From: Eledone cirrhosa
Taxonomy: Eukaryota
Length of the DNA stretch: 64,000 nucleotides
NCBI GenBank assembly: GCA_964016885.1
Contig: OZ024742.1
Span: forward strand, 277,264,001 to 277,328,000
Direction: 5' to 3'
In this document: positions 10,863 through 24,353 of the stretch, piece by piece
Layout: each line of letters opens with the position of its first letter
Position numbering within the stretch: the stretch's first letter is position 1
The notes under the pieces: model-generated
Database searches by the model: none
What the model was told of the DNA's origin: nothing
The model's input: the letters and a program-made list of their open reading frames with translations, nothing else
Program-made: the position numbers and the translations under genes

Positions 10863-10934
10863 TCCTCGGTAGTATAGTGGTAAGTATCCCCGCCTGTCAC
10901 GCGGGAGACCGGGGTTCGATTCCCCGCCGGGGAG
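10863..10934 (+). tRNA. tRNA-Asp(GTC)
   Basis: Consensus copy. Confidence 0.96.
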
Positions 10935-11945
10935 TACATACACTTTTTATCTATGAAAGAACAAAATTTTAGATTTTTACACACATTCTCTCTTAGATGT
11001 TCAACATATCTTTCCATAACGATCGGTCAATTGTTAGCACTACACATGGCAACTACCATTTTCATCTGGCATTCTAGCATATTTAATTCTTTCCATTTTA
11101 CCGTCGTCCCATCTCTGGCAACTAAACAATCTCTCGTTTCGTTCATCTCAAAAATATTAATTCATGTTTGCACACACAAAGCTAAACTCAAAGCCTCAGC
11201 TCGAGCCAGCGCGGCTGGACCGAGGGGACCGCATGACAATCTCCCCATTCCGTGACGGTAGGCCACACGTCTCTCTTGCTACACGATGTGGCACCTTCTC
11301 TAGCGGCAGCATGCTGCGTCCGGCTGCCAGCTTAGTAACCGCTGTTTGCCATGCCGAAGATGGCAAACTGTCCGAGTATCGGCCGCTTTCTTATATGTTT
11401 GTGGTAGAGCGAGTAGCAGTGGAGACTACCAGTGTTCTTGACGCCTAGACAACGGCCCCCGCTCATGGCCATCGGAGCTGAGTTGGGTGCGCGAAGTTGC
11501 AAGTCTCCCCCAGTTTGATTGGCTCTACCAGCTCGTCTCCGTCACCGTCCTCCCAGGCAATATATTCTTCATCCTGTCGGTACGAAGAGGTGCAGGGTAT
11601 GATAGTTTCCACCTCATATTTCTCTTCTGCTGCCTAGATATTTCTTCCTAGACATATGTTACCGAAAGTTTTCAGAGTAATCGAAAGCAACAGCTGATTT
11701 TTGATTTCATAAAAACGACAACGACGATATCAACATAAGAGAAGAATACATTTGGAAAGGTTGATTGGTGGTAAGTATTTCCGTTGGACATGCAAAATAA
11801 TTGCCGACGTATAGTGTTGAAATATTGCACAAGTTTACTGATTAATGAAACAATGTTTCAACTATTACATCATCACTATTTAAATTGTGATAAGGACGCT
11901 TACAAATTGTTAGAAGAAGCAAAGAATGGAGTAAAACAATTAGAG

Positions 11946-12017
11946 TTCCCATGCCGGGAATCGAACCCGGGCCGCCTGGGTGAAAGCCAGGAATCCTAAC
12001 CACTAGACCACATGGGA
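11946..12017 (-). tRNA. tRNA-Glu(TTC)
   Basis: Consensus copy. Confidence 0.96.
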
Positions 12018-12198
12018 AGCCATTGCTGAAATGAGGAAATAGTACACTTTTAAATGTGACAATATATTAATAAACTGTAGAAACTTCTATATATTTAGAG
12101 AAGCAGGCATAACATGACAGACACGGTTTTCATTCATAGATAAATATCACTAGCGATTTCTTCAATACGTTGCTTTACTAAAGGTCACCACCTATACA

Positions 12199-12245
12199 TC
12201 CTCGGTAGTATAGTGGTAAGTATCCCCGCCTGTCACGCGGGAGAC
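12199..12245 (+). pseudogene. Truncated tRNA-Asp (first 47 nt) created by a 59 bp tandem duplication
   Basis: caccacctatacaTCCTCGG...GGGAGA is repeated at 12186 and 12245; the first copy lacks the T arm and 3' acceptor strand. Confidence 0.9.
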
Positions 12246-12257
12246 ACCACCTATACA

Positions 12258-12329
12258 TCCTCGGTAGTATAGTGGTAAGTATCCCCGCCTGTCACGCGGG
12301 AGACCGGGGTTCGATTCCCCGCCGGGGAG
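12258..12329 (+). tRNA. tRNA-Asp(GTC)
   Basis: Consensus copy downstream of the partial duplicate. Confidence 0.93.
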
Positions 12330-13340
12330 TACATACACTTTTTATCTATGAAAGAACAAAATTTTAGATTTTTACACACATTCTCTCTTAGATGTTCAAC
12401 ATATCTTTCCATAACGATCGGTCAATTGTTAGCACTACACATGGCAACTACCATTTTCATCTGGCATTCTAGCATATTTAATTCTTTCCATTTTACCGTC
12501 GTCCCATCTCTGGCAACTAAACAATCTCTCGTTTCGTTCATCTCAAAAATATTAATTCATGTTTGCACACACAAAGCTAAACTCAAAGCCTCAGCTCGAG
12601 CCAGCGCGGCTGGACCGAGGGGACGCCATGACAATCTCCCCATTCCGTGACGGTAGGCCACACGTCTCTCATGCTACACGATGTGGCACCTTCTCTAGCG
12701 GCAGCATGCTGCGTCCGGCTGCCAGCTTAGTATCCGCTGTTTGCCATGCCGAAGATGGCAAACTGTCCGAGTATCGGCCGCTTTCTTATATGTTTGTGGT
12801 AGAGCGAGTAGCAGTGGAGACTACCAGTGTTCTTGACGCCTAGACAACGGCCACCGCTCATGGCCATCGGAGCTGAGTTGGGTGCGCGAAGTTGCAAGTC
12901 TCCCCCAGTTTGATTGGCTCTACCAGCTCGTCTCCGTCACCGTCCTCCCAGGCAATATATTCTTCATCATGTCGGTACGAAGAGGTGCAGGGTATGATAG
13001 TTTCCACCTCATATTTCTCTTCTGCTGCCTAGATATTTCTTCCTAGACCTATGTTACCGAAAGTTTTCAGAGTAATCGAATGCAACAGCTGATTTTTGAT
13101 TTCATAAAAACGACAACGACGATATCAACATAAGAGAAGAATACATTTGGAAAGGTTGATTGGTGGTAAGTATTTCCGTTGGACATGCAAAATTATTGCC
13201 GACGTATATTGTTGAAATATTGCACAAGTTTACTGATTAATGAAACAATGTTTCGACTATTACATCATCACTATTTAAATTGTGATAAGGACGCTTACAA
13301 ATTGTTAGAAGAAGCAAAGAATGGAGTAAAACAATTAGAG

Positions 13341-13412
13341 TTCCCATGCCGGGAATCGAACCCGGGCCGCCTGGGTGAAAGCCAGGAATCCTAACCACTA
13401 GACCACATGGGA
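13341..13412 (-). tRNA. tRNA-Glu(TTC)
   Basis: Consensus copy. Confidence 0.96.
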
Positions 13413-13593
13413 AGCCATTGCTGAAATGAGGAAATAGTACACTTTTAAATGTGACAATATATTAATAAACTGTAGACACTTCTATATATTTATAGAAGCA
13501 GGCATAACATGACAGGCACGGTTTTCATTCATAGATAAATATCACTAGCGATTTCTTCAATACGTTGCTCTACTAAATGTCACCACCTATACA

Positions 13594-13665
13594 TCCTCGG
13601 TAGTATAGTGGTAAGTATCCCCGCCTGTCACGCGGGAGACCGGGGTTCGATTCCCCGCCGGGGAG
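13594..13665 (+). tRNA. tRNA-Asp(GTC)
   Basis: Consensus copy. Confidence 0.96.
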
Positions 13666-14677
13666 GTACATATACTTTTTATCTATGAAAGAACAAAATT
13701 TTAGATTTTTACACACATTCTCTCTTAGATGTTCAACATATCTTTCCATAACGATCGGTCAATTGTTAGCACTACACATGGCAACTACCATTTTCATCTG
13801 GCATTCTAGCATATTTAATTCTTTCCATTTTACCGTCGTCCCATCTCTGGCAACTAAACAATCTCTCGTTTCGTTCATCTCAAAAATATTAATTCATGTT
13901 TGCACACACAAAGCTAAACTCAAAGCCTCAGCTCGAGCCAGCGCGGCTGGACCGAGGGGACCGCATGACAATCTCCCCATTCCGTGACGGTAGGCCACAC
14001 GTCTCTCATGCTACACGATGTGGCACCTTCTCTAGCGGCAGCATGCTGCGTCCGGCTGCCAGCTTAGTATCCGCTGTTTGCCATGCCGAAGATGGCAAAC
14101 TGTCCGAGTAACGGCCGCTTTCTTATATGTTTGTGGTAGAACGAGTAGCAGTGGAGACTACCAGTGTTCTTGACGCCTAGACAACGGCCCCCGCTCATGG
14201 CCATCGGAGCTGAGCTGGGTGCGCGAAGTTGCAAGTCTCCCCCAGTTTGATTGGCTCTACCAGCTCGTCTCCGTCACCGTCCTCCCAGGCAATATATTCT
14301 TCATCCTGTCGGTACGAAGAGGTGCAGGGTATGATAGTTTCCACCTCATATTTCTCTTCTGCTGCCTAGATATTTCTTCCTAGACATATGTTACCGAAAG
14401 TTTTCAGAGTAATCGAAAGCAACAGTTGATTTTTGATTTCATAAAAACGACAACGACGATATCAACATAAGAGAAGAATACATTTGGAAAGGTTGATTGG
14501 TGGTAAGTATTTCCGTTGGACATGCAAAATTATTGCCGACGTATAGTGTTGAAATATTGCACAAGTTTTCTGATTAATGAAACAATGTTTCGATTATGAC
14601 ATCATCACTATTTAAATAGTGATAAGGACGCTTACAAATTGTTCAAAGAAGCAAAGAATGGAGTAAAACAATTAGAG

Positions 14678-14749
14678 TTCCCATGCCGGGAATCGAACCC
14701 GGGCCACCTGGGTGAAAGCCAGGAATCCTAACCACTAGACCACATGGGA
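14678..14749 (-). tRNA. tRNA-Glu(TTC)
   Basis: Intact; TGGC variant. Confidence 0.95.
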
Positions 14750-14930
14750 AGCCATTGCTGAAATGAGGAAATAGTACACTTTTAAATGTGACAATATATT
14801 AATAAACTGTAGACACTTCTATATATTTATAGAAGCAGGCATAACATGACAGGCACGGTTTTCATTCATAGATAAATATCACTAGCGATTTCTTCAATAC
14901 GTTGCTCTACTAAAGGTCACCACCTATACA

Positions 14931-15002
14931 TCCTCGGTAGTATAGTGGTAAGTATCCCCGCCTGTCACGCGGGAGACCGGGGTTCGATTCCCCGCCGGGG
15001 AG
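14931..15002 (+). tRNA. tRNA-Asp(GTC)
   Basis: Consensus copy. Confidence 0.96.
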
Positions 15003-16014
15003 GTACATATACTTTTTATCTATGAAAGAACAAAATTTTAGATTTTTACACACATTCTCTCTTAGATGTTCAACATATCTTTCCATAACGATCGGTCAAT
15101 TGTTAGCACTACACATGGCAACTACCATTTTCATCTGGCATTCTAGCATATTTAATTCTTTCCATTTTACCGTCGTCCCATCTCTGGCAACTAAACAATC
15201 TCTCGTTTCGTTCATCTCAAAAATATTAATTCATGTTTGCACACACAAAACTAAACTCAAAGCCTCAGCTCGAGCCAGCGCGGCTGGACCGAGGGGACCG
15301 CATGACAATCTCCCCATTCCGTGACGGTAGGCCACACGTCTCTCTTGCTACACGATGTGGCACCTTCTCTAGCGGCAGCATGCTGCGTCCGGCTGCCAGC
15401 TTAGGATCCGCTGTTTGCCATGCCGAAGATGGCAAACTGTCCGAGTATTGGCCGCTTTCTTATATGTTTGTGGTAGAGCGAGTAGCAGTGGAGACTACCA
15501 GTGTTCTTGACCCCTAGACAACGGCCCCCGCTCATGGCCATCGGAGCTGAGTTGGGTGAGCGAAGTTGCAAGTCTCCCCCAGTTTGATTGGCTCTACCAG
15601 CTCGTCTCCGTCACCGTCCTCCCAGGCAATATATTCTTCATCCTGTCGGTACGAAGAGGTGCAGGGTATGATAGTTTCCACCTCATATTTCTCTTCTGCT
15701 GCCTAGATATTTCTTCCTAGACATATGTTACCGAAAGTTTTCAGAGTAATCGAAAGCAACAGCTGATTTTTGATTTCATAAAAACGACAACGACGATATC
15801 AACATAAGAGAAGAATACATTTGGAAAGGTTGATTGGTGGTAAGTATTTCCGTTGGACATGCAAAATTATTGCCGACGTATAGTGTTGAAATATTGCACA
15901 AGTTTACTGATTAATGAAACAATGTTTCGACTATTACATCATCACTATTTAAATTGTGATAAGGACGCTTACAAATTGTTAGAAGAAGCAAAGAATGGAG
16001 TAAAACAATTAGAG

Positions 16015-16086
16015 TTCCCATGCTGGGAATAGAACCCGGGCCGCCTGGGTGAAAGCCAGGAATCCTAACCACTAGACCACATGGGA
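16015..16086 (-). pseudogene. tRNA-Glu(TTC), T-arm-damaged variant
   Basis: G57T plus G64A, as at 2591. Confidence 0.75.
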
Positions 16087-16267
16087 AGCCATTGCTGAAA
16101 TGAGGAAATAGTACACTTTTAAATGTGACAATATATTAATAAACTGTAGACACTTCTATATATTTATAGAAGCAGGCATAACATGACAGGCACGGTTTTC
16201 ATTCATAGATAAATATCACTAGCGATTTCTTCAATACGTTGCTCTACTAAAGGTCACCACCTATACA

Positions 16268-16339
16268 TCCTCGGTAGTATAGTGGTAAGTATCCCCGCCT
16301 GTCACGCGGGAGACCGTGGTTCGATTCCCCGCCGGGGAG
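16268..16339 (+). tRNA. tRNA-Asp(GTC), T-stem mismatch variant
   Basis: CGTGG instead of CGGGG (G51T). Confidence 0.8.
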
Positions 16340-17350
16340 TACATACGCTTTTTATCTATGAAAGAACAAAATTTTAGATTTTTACACACATTCTCTCTTA
16401 GATGTTCAACATATCTTTCCATAACGATCGGTCAATTGTTAGCACTACACATGGCAACTACCATTTTCATCTGGCATTCTAGCATATTTAATTCTTTCCA
16501 TTTTACCGTCGTCCCATCTCTGGCAACTAAACAATCTCTCGTTTCGTTCATCTCAAAAATATTAATTCATGTTTGCACACACAAAGCTAAACTCAAAGCC
16601 TCAGCTCGAGCCAGCGCGGCTGGACCGAGGGGACCGCATGACAATCTCCCCATTCCGTGACGGTAGGCCACACGTCTCTCATGCTACACGATGTGGCACC
16701 TTCTCTAGCGGCAGCATGCTGCGTCCGGCTGCCAGCTTAGTATCCGCTGTTTGCCATGCCGAAGATGGCAAACTGTCCGAGTATCGGCCACTTTCTTATA
16801 TGTTTGTGGTAGAGCGAGTAGCAGTGGAGACTACCAGTGTTCTTGACGCCTAGACAACGGCCCCCGCTCATGGCCATCGGAGCTGAGTTGGGTGCGCGAA
16901 GTTGCAAGTCTCCCCCAGTTTGATTGGCTCTACCAGCTCGTCTCCGTCACCGTCCTCCCAGGCAATATATTCTTCATCATGTCGGTACGAAGAGGTGCAG
17001 GGTATGATAGTTTCCACCTCATATTTCTCTTCTGCTGCCTAGATATTTCTTCCTAGACCTATGTTACCGAAAGTTTTCAGAGTAATCGAATGCAACAGCT
17101 GATTTTTGATTTCATAAAAACGACAACGACGATATCAACATAAGAGAAGAATACATTTGGAAAGGTTGATTGGTGGTAAGTATTTCCGTTGGACATGCAA
17201 AATTATTGCCGACGTATATTGTTGAAATATTGCACAAGTTTACTGATTAATGAAACAATGTTTCGACTATTACATCATCACTATTTAAATTGTGATAAGG
17301 ACGCTTACAAATTGTTAGAAGAAGCAAAGAATGGAGTAAAACAATTAGAG

Positions 17351-17422
17351 TTCCCATGCCGGGAATCGAACCCGAGCCGCCTGGGTGAAAGCCAGGAATC
17401 CTAACCACTAGACCACATGGGA
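17351..17422 (-). tRNA. tRNA-Glu(TTC)
   Basis: C49T gives a T-G wobble in the T stem. Confidence 0.9.
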
Positions 17423-17603
17423 AGCCATTGCTGAAATGAGGAAATAGTACACTTTTAAATGTGACAATATATTAATAAACTGTAGACACTTCTATATATT
17501 TATAGAAGCAGGCATAACATGACAGGCACGGTTTTCATTCATAGATAAATATCACTAGCGATTTCTTCAATACGTTGCTCTACTAAAGGTCACCACCTAT
17601 ACA

Positions 17604-17675
17604 TCCTCGGTAGTATAGTGGTAAGTATCCCCGCCTGTCACGCGGGAGACCGGGGTTCGATTCCCCGCCGGGGAG
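17604..17675 (+). tRNA. tRNA-Asp(GTC)
   Basis: Consensus copy. Confidence 0.96.
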
Positions 17676-18686
17676 TACATACACTTTTTATCTATGAAAG
17701 AACAAAATTTTAGATTTTTACACACATTCTCTCTTAGATGTTCAACATATCTTTCCATAACGATCGGTCAATTGTTAGCACTACACATGGCAACTACCAT
17801 TTTCATCTGGCATTCTAGCATATTTAATTCTTTCCATTTTACCGTCGTCCCATCTCTGGCAACTAAACAATCTCTCGTTTCGTTCATCTCAAAAATATTA
17901 ATTCATGTTTGCACACACAAAGCTAAACTCAAAGCCTCAGCTCGAGCCAGCGCGGCTGGACCGAGGGGACCGCATGACAATCTCCCCATTCCGTGACGGT
18001 AGGCCACACGTCTCTCTTGCTACACGATGTGGCACCTTCTCTAGCGGCAGCATGCTGCGTCCGGCTGCCAGCTTAGTATCCGCTGTTTGCCATGCCGAAG
18101 ATGGCAAACTGTCCGAGTATCGGCCGCTTTCTTATATGTTTGTGGTAGAGCGAGTAGCAGTGGAGACTACCAGTGTTCTTGACGCCTAGACAACGGCCCC
18201 CGCTCATGGCCATCGGAGCTGAGTTGGGTGCGCGAAGTTGCAAGTCTCCCCCAGTTTGATTGGCTCTACCAGCTCGTCTCCGTCACCGTCCTCCCAGGCA
18301 ATATATTCTTCATCCTGTCGGTACGAAGAGGTGCAGGGTATGATAGTTTCCACCTCATATTTCTCTTCTGCTGCCTAGATATTTCTTCCTAGACATATGT
18401 TACCGAAAGTTTTCAGAGTAATCGAAAGCAACAGCTGATTTTTGATTTCATAAAAACGACAACGACGATATCAACATAAGAGAAGAATACATTTGGAAAG
18501 GTTGATTGGTGGTAAGTATTTCCGTTGGACATGCAAAATAATTGCCGACGTATAGTGTTGAAATATTGCACAAGTTTACTGATTAATGAAACAATGTTTC
18601 AACTATTACATCATCACTATTTAAATTGTGATAAGGACGCTTACAAATTGTTAGAAGAAGCAAAGAATGGAGTAAAACAATTAGAG

Positions 18687-18758
18687 TTCCCATGCCGGGA
18701 ATCGAACCCGGGCCGCCTGGGTGAAAGCCAGGAATCCTAACCACTAGACCACATGGGA
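18687..18758 (-). tRNA. tRNA-Glu(TTC)
   Basis: Consensus copy. Confidence 0.96.
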
Positions 18759-18939
18759 AGCCATTGCTGAAATTAGGAAATAGTACACTTTTAAATGTGA
18801 CAATATATTAATAAACTGTAGAAACTTCTATATATTTAGAGAAGCAGGCATAACATGACAGGCACGGTTTTCATTCATAGATAAATATCACTAGCGATTT
18901 CTTCAATACGTTGCTTTACTAAAGGTCACCACCTATACA

Positions 18940-19010
18940 TCCTCGGTAGTATAATGGTAAGTATCCCGCCTGTCACGCGGGAGACCGGGGTTCGATTCCC
19001 CGCCGGGGAG
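18940..19010 (+). pseudogene. tRNA-Asp(GTC), damaged variant
   Basis: G15A and loss of one C from the CCCC run before the anticodon loop (71 nt). Confidence 0.65.
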
Positions 19011-20021
19011 TACATACACTTTTTATCTATGAAAGAACAAAATTTTAGATTTTTACACACATTCTCTCTTAGATGTTCAACATATCTTTCCATAACGATC
19101 GGTCAATTGTTAGCACTACACATGGCAACTACCATTTTCATCTGGCATTCTAGCATATTTAATTCTTTCCATTTTACCGTCGTCCCATCTCTGGCAACTA
19201 AACAATCTCTCGTTTCGTTCATCTCAAAAATATTAATTCATGTTTGCACACACAAAGCTAAACTCAAAGCCTCAGCTCGAGCCAGCGCGGCTGGACCGAG
19301 GGGACCGCATGACAATCTCCCCATTCCGTGACGGTAGGCCACACGTCTCTCATGCTACACGATGTGGCACCTTCTCTAGCGGCAGCATGCTGCGTCCGGC
19401 TGCCAGCTTAGTATCCGCTGTTTGCCATTCCGAAGATGGCAAACTGTCCGAGTATCGGCCGCTTTCTTATATGTTTGTGGTAGAGCGAGTAGCAGTGGAG
19501 ACTACCAGTGTTCTTGACGCCTAGACAACGGCCCCCGCTCATGGCCATCGGAGCTGAGTTGGGTGCGCGAAGTTGCAAGTCTCCCCCAGTTTGATTGGCT
19601 CTACCAGCTCGTCTCCGTCACCGTCCTCCCAGGCAATATATTCTTCATCATGTCGGTACGAAGAGGTGCAGGGTATGATAGTTTCCACCTCATATTTCTC
19701 TTCTGCTGCCTAGATATTTCTTCCTAGACCTATGTTACCGAAAGTTTTCAGAGTAATCGAATGCAACAGCTGATTTTTGATTTCATAAAAACGACAACGA
19801 CGATATCAACATAAGAGAAGAATACATTTGGAAAGGTTGATTGGTGGTAAGTATTTCCGTTGGACATGCAAAATTATTGCCGACGTATATTGTTGAAATA
19901 TTGCACAAGTTTACTGATTAATGAAACAATGTTTCGACTATTACATCATCACTATTTAAATTGTGATAAGGACGCTTACAAATTGTTAGAAGAAGCAAAG
20001 AATGGAGTAAAACAATTAGAG

Positions 20022-20093
20022 TTCCCATGCCGGGAATCGAACCCGGGCCGCCTGGGTGAAAGCCAGGAATCCTAACCACTAGACCACATGGGA
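20022..20093 (-). tRNA. tRNA-Glu(TTC)
   Basis: Consensus copy. Confidence 0.96.
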
Positions 20094-20274
20094 AGCCATT
20101 GCTGAAATGAGGAAATAGTACACTTTTAAATGTGACAATATATTAATAAACTGTAGACACTTCTATATATTTATAGAAGCAGGCATAACATGACAGGCAC
20201 GGTTTTCATTCATAGATAAATATCACTAGCGATTTCTTCAATACGTTGCTCTACTAAAGGTCACCACCTATACA

Positions 20275-20346
20275 TCCTCGGTAGTATAGTGGTAAGTATC
20301 CCCGCCTGTCACGCGGGAGACCGGGGTTCGATTCCCCGCCGGGGAG
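20275..20346 (+). tRNA. tRNA-Asp(GTC)
   Basis: Consensus copy. Confidence 0.96.
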
Positions 20347-21358
20347 GTACATATACTTTTTATCTATGAAAGAACAAAATTTTAGATTTTTACACACATT
20401 CTCTCTTAGATGTTCAACATATCTTTCCATAACGATCGGTCAATTGTTAGCACTACACATGGCAACTACCATTTTCATCTGGCATTCTAGCATATTTAAT
20501 TCTTTCCATTTTACCGTCGTCCCATCTCTGGCAACTAAACAATCTCTCGTTTCGTTCATCTCAAAAATATTAATTCATGTTTGCACACACAAAGCTAAAC
20601 TCAAAGCCTCAGCTCGAGCCAGCGCGGCTGGACCGAGGGGACCGCATGACAATCTCCCCATTCCGTGACGGTAGGCCACACGTCTCTCATGCTACACGAT
20701 GTGGCACCTTCTCTAGCGGCAGCATGCTGCGTCCGGCTGCCAGCTTAGTATCCGCTGTTTGCCATGCCGAAGATGGCAAACTGTCCGAGTATCGGCCGCT
20801 TTCTTATATGTTTGTGGTAGAGCGAGTAGCAGTGGAGACTACCAGTGTTCTTCACGCCTAGACAACGGCCCCCGCTCATGGCCATCGGAGCTGAGTTGGG
20901 TGCGCGAAGTTGCAAGTCTCCCCCAGTTTGATTGGCTCTACCAGCTCGTCTCCGTCACCGTCCTCCCAGGCAATATATTCTTCATCCTGTCGGTACGAAG
21001 AGGTGCAGGGTATGATAGTTTCCACCTCATATTTCTCTTCTGCTGCCTAGATATTTCTTCCTAGACATATGTTACCGAAAGTTTTCAGAGTAATCGAAAG
21101 CAACAGTTGATTTTTGATTTCATAAAAACGACAACGACGATATCAACATAAGAGAAGAATACATTTGGAAAGGTTGATTGGTGGTAAGTATTTCCGTTGG
21201 ACATGCAAAATTATTGCCGACGTATAGTGTTGAAATATTGCACAAGTTTTCTGATTAATGAAACAATGTTTCGATTATGACATCATCACTATTTAAATAG
21301 TGATAAGGACGCTTACAAATTGTTCAAAGAAGCAAAGAATGGAGTAAAACAATTAGAG

Positions 21359-21430
21359 TTCCCATGCCGGGAATCGAACCCGGGCCACCTGGGTGAAAGC
21401 CAGGAATCCTAACCACTAGACCACATGGGA
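21359..21430 (-). tRNA. tRNA-Glu(TTC)
   Basis: Intact; TGGC variant. Confidence 0.95.
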
Positions 21431-21611
21431 AGCCATTGCTGAAATGAGGAAATAGTACACTTTTAAATGTGACAATATATTAATAAACTGTAGAAACTTC
21501 AAAATATTTAGAGAAGCAGGCATAACATGACAGGCACGGTTTTCATTCATAGATAAATATCACTAGCGATTTCTTCAATACGTTGCTTTACTAAAGGTCA
21601 CCACCTATACA

Positions 21612-21682
21612 TCCTCGGTAGTATAGTGGTAAGTATCCCCGCCTGTCACGCGGGAACCGGGGTTCGATTCCCCGCCGGGGAG
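21612..21682 (+). tRNA. tRNA-Asp(GTC), 1 nt variable-loop deletion
   Basis: GGGAACCG instead of GGGAGACCG (71 nt). Confidence 0.75.
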
Positions 21683-22693
21683 TACATACACTTTTTATCT
21701 ATGAAAGAACAAAATTTTAGATTTTTACACACATTCTCTCTTAGATGTTCAACATATCTTTCCATAACGATCGGTCAATTGTTAGCACTACACATGGCAA
21801 CTACCATTTTCATCTGGCATTCTAGCATATTTAATTCTTTCCATTTTACCGTCGTCCCATCTCTGGCAACTAAACAATCTCTCGTTTCGTTCATCTCAAA
21901 AATATTAATTCATGTTTGCACACACAAAGCTAAACTCAAAGCCTCAGCTCGAGCCAGCGCGGCTGGACCGAGGGGACCGCATGACAATCTCCCCATTCCG
22001 TGACGGTAGGCCACACGTCTCTCTTGCTACACGATGTGGCACCTTCTCTAGCGGCAGCATGCTGCGTCCGGCTGCCAGCTTAGTATCCGCTGTTTGCCAT
22101 GCCGAAGATGGCAAACTGTCCGAGTATCGGCCGCTTTCTTATATGTTTGTGGTAGAGCGAGTAGCAGTGGAGACTACCAGTGTTCTTGACGCCTAGACAA
22201 CGGCCCCCGCTCATGGCCATCGGAGCTGAGTTGGGTGCGCGAAGTTGCAAGTCTCCCCCAGTTTGATTGGCTCTACCAGCTCGTCTCCGTCACCGTCCTC
22301 CCAGGCAATATATTCTTCATCATGTCGGTACGAAGAGGTGCAGGGTATGATAGTTTCCACCTCATATTTCTCTTCTGCTGCCTAGATATTTCTTCCTAGA
22401 CCTATGTTACCGAAAGTTTTCAGAGTAATCGAATGCAACAGCTGATTTTTGATTTCATAAAAACGACAACGACGATATCAACATAAGAGAAGAATACATT
22501 TGGAAAGGTTGATTGGTGGTAAGTATTTCCGTTGGACATGCAAAATTATTGCCGACGTATATTGTTGAAATATTGCACAAGTTTACTGATTAATGAAACA
22601 ATGTTTCGACTATTACATCATCACTATTTAAATTGTGATAAGGACGCTTACAAATTGTTAGGAGAAGCAAAGAATGGAGTAAAACAATTAGAG

Positions 22694-22765
22694 TTCCCAT
22701 GCCGGGAATCGAACCCGGGCCGCCTGGGTGAAAGCCAGGAATCCTAACCACTAGACCACATGGGA
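22694..22765 (-). tRNA. tRNA-Glu(TTC)
   Basis: Consensus copy. Confidence 0.96.
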
Positions 22766-22946
22766 AGCCATTGCTGAAATGAGGAAATAGTACACTTTTA
22801 AATGTGACAATATATTAATAAACTGTAGAAACTTCTATATATTTAGAGAAGCAGGCATAACATGACAGGCACGGTTTTCATTCATAGATAAATATCACTA
22901 GCGATTTCTTCAATACGTTGCTTTACTAAAGGTCACCACCTATACA

Positions 22947-23018
22947 TCCTCGGTAGTATAGTGGTAAGTATCCCCGCCTGTCACGCGGGAGACCGGGGTT
23001 CGATTCCCCGCCGGGGAG
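22947..23018 (+). tRNA. tRNA-Asp(GTC)
   Basis: Consensus copy. Confidence 0.96.
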
Positions 23019-24029
23019 TACATACACTTTTTATCTATGAAAGAACAAAATTTTAGATTTTTACACACATTCTCTCTTAGATGTTCAACATATCTTTCCA
23101 TAACGATCGGTCAATTGTTAGCACTACACATGGCAACTACCATTTTCATCTGGCATTCTAGCATATTTAATTCTTTCCATTTTACCGTCGTCCCATCTCT
23201 GGCAACTAAACAATCTCTCGTTTCGTTCATCTCAAAAATATTAATTCATGTTTGCACACACAAAGCTAAACTCAAAGCCTCAGCTCGAGCCAGCGCGGCT
23301 GGACCGAGGGGACCGCATGACAATCTCCCCATTCCGTGACGGTAGGCCACACGTCTCTCTTGCTACACGATGTGGCACCTTCTCTAGCGGCAGCATGCTG
23401 CGTCCGGCTGCCAGCTTAGTATCCGCTGTTTGCCATGCCGAAGATGGCAAACTGTCCGAGTATCGGCCGCTTTCTTATATGTTTGTGGTAGAGCGAGTAG
23501 CAGTGGAGACTACCAGTGTTCTTGACGCCTAGACAACGGCCCCCGCTCATGGCCATCGGAGCTGAGTTGGGTGCGCGAAGTTGCAAGTCTCCCCCAGTTT
23601 GATTGGCTCTACCAGCTCGTCTCCGTCACCGTCCTCCCAGGCAATATATTCTTCATCCTGTCGGTACGAAGAGGTGCAGGGTATGATAGTTTCCACCTCA
23701 TATTTCTCTTCTGCTGCCTAGATATTTCTTCCTAGACATATGTTACCGAAAGTTTTCAGAGTAATCGAAAGCAACAGCTGATTTTTGATTTCATAAAAAC
23801 GACAACGACGATATCAACATAAGAGAAGAATACATTTGGAAAGGTTGATTGGTGGTAAGTATTTCCGTTGGACATGCAAAATAATTGCCGACGTATAGTG
23901 TTGAAATATTGCACAAGTTTACTGATTAATGAATCAATGTTTCAACTATTACATCATCACTATTTAAATTGTGATAAGGACGCTTACAAATTGTTAGAAG
24001 AAGCAAAGAATGGAGTAAAACAATTAGAG

Positions 24030-24101
24030 TTCCCATGCCGGGAATCGAACCCGGGCCGCCTGGGTGAAAGCCAGGAATCCTAACCACTAGACCACATGGG
24101 A
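24030..24101 (-). tRNA. tRNA-Glu(TTC)
   Basis: Consensus copy. Confidence 0.96.
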
Positions 24102-24281
24102 AGCCATTGCTGAAATGAGGAAATAGTACCTTTTAAATGTGACAATATATTAATAAACTGTAGAAACTTCTATATATTTAGAGAAGCAGGCATAACATGA
24201 CAGGCACGGTTTTCATTCATAGATAAATATCACTAGCGATTTCTTCAATACGTTGCTTTACTAAAGGTCACCACCTATACA

Positions 24282-24353
24282 TCCTCGGTAGTATAGTGGT
24301 AAGTATCCCCGCCTGTCACGCGGGAGACCGGGGTTCGATTCCCCGCCGGGGAG
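24282..24353 (+). tRNA. tRNA-Asp(GTC)
   Basis: Consensus copy. Confidence 0.96.
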
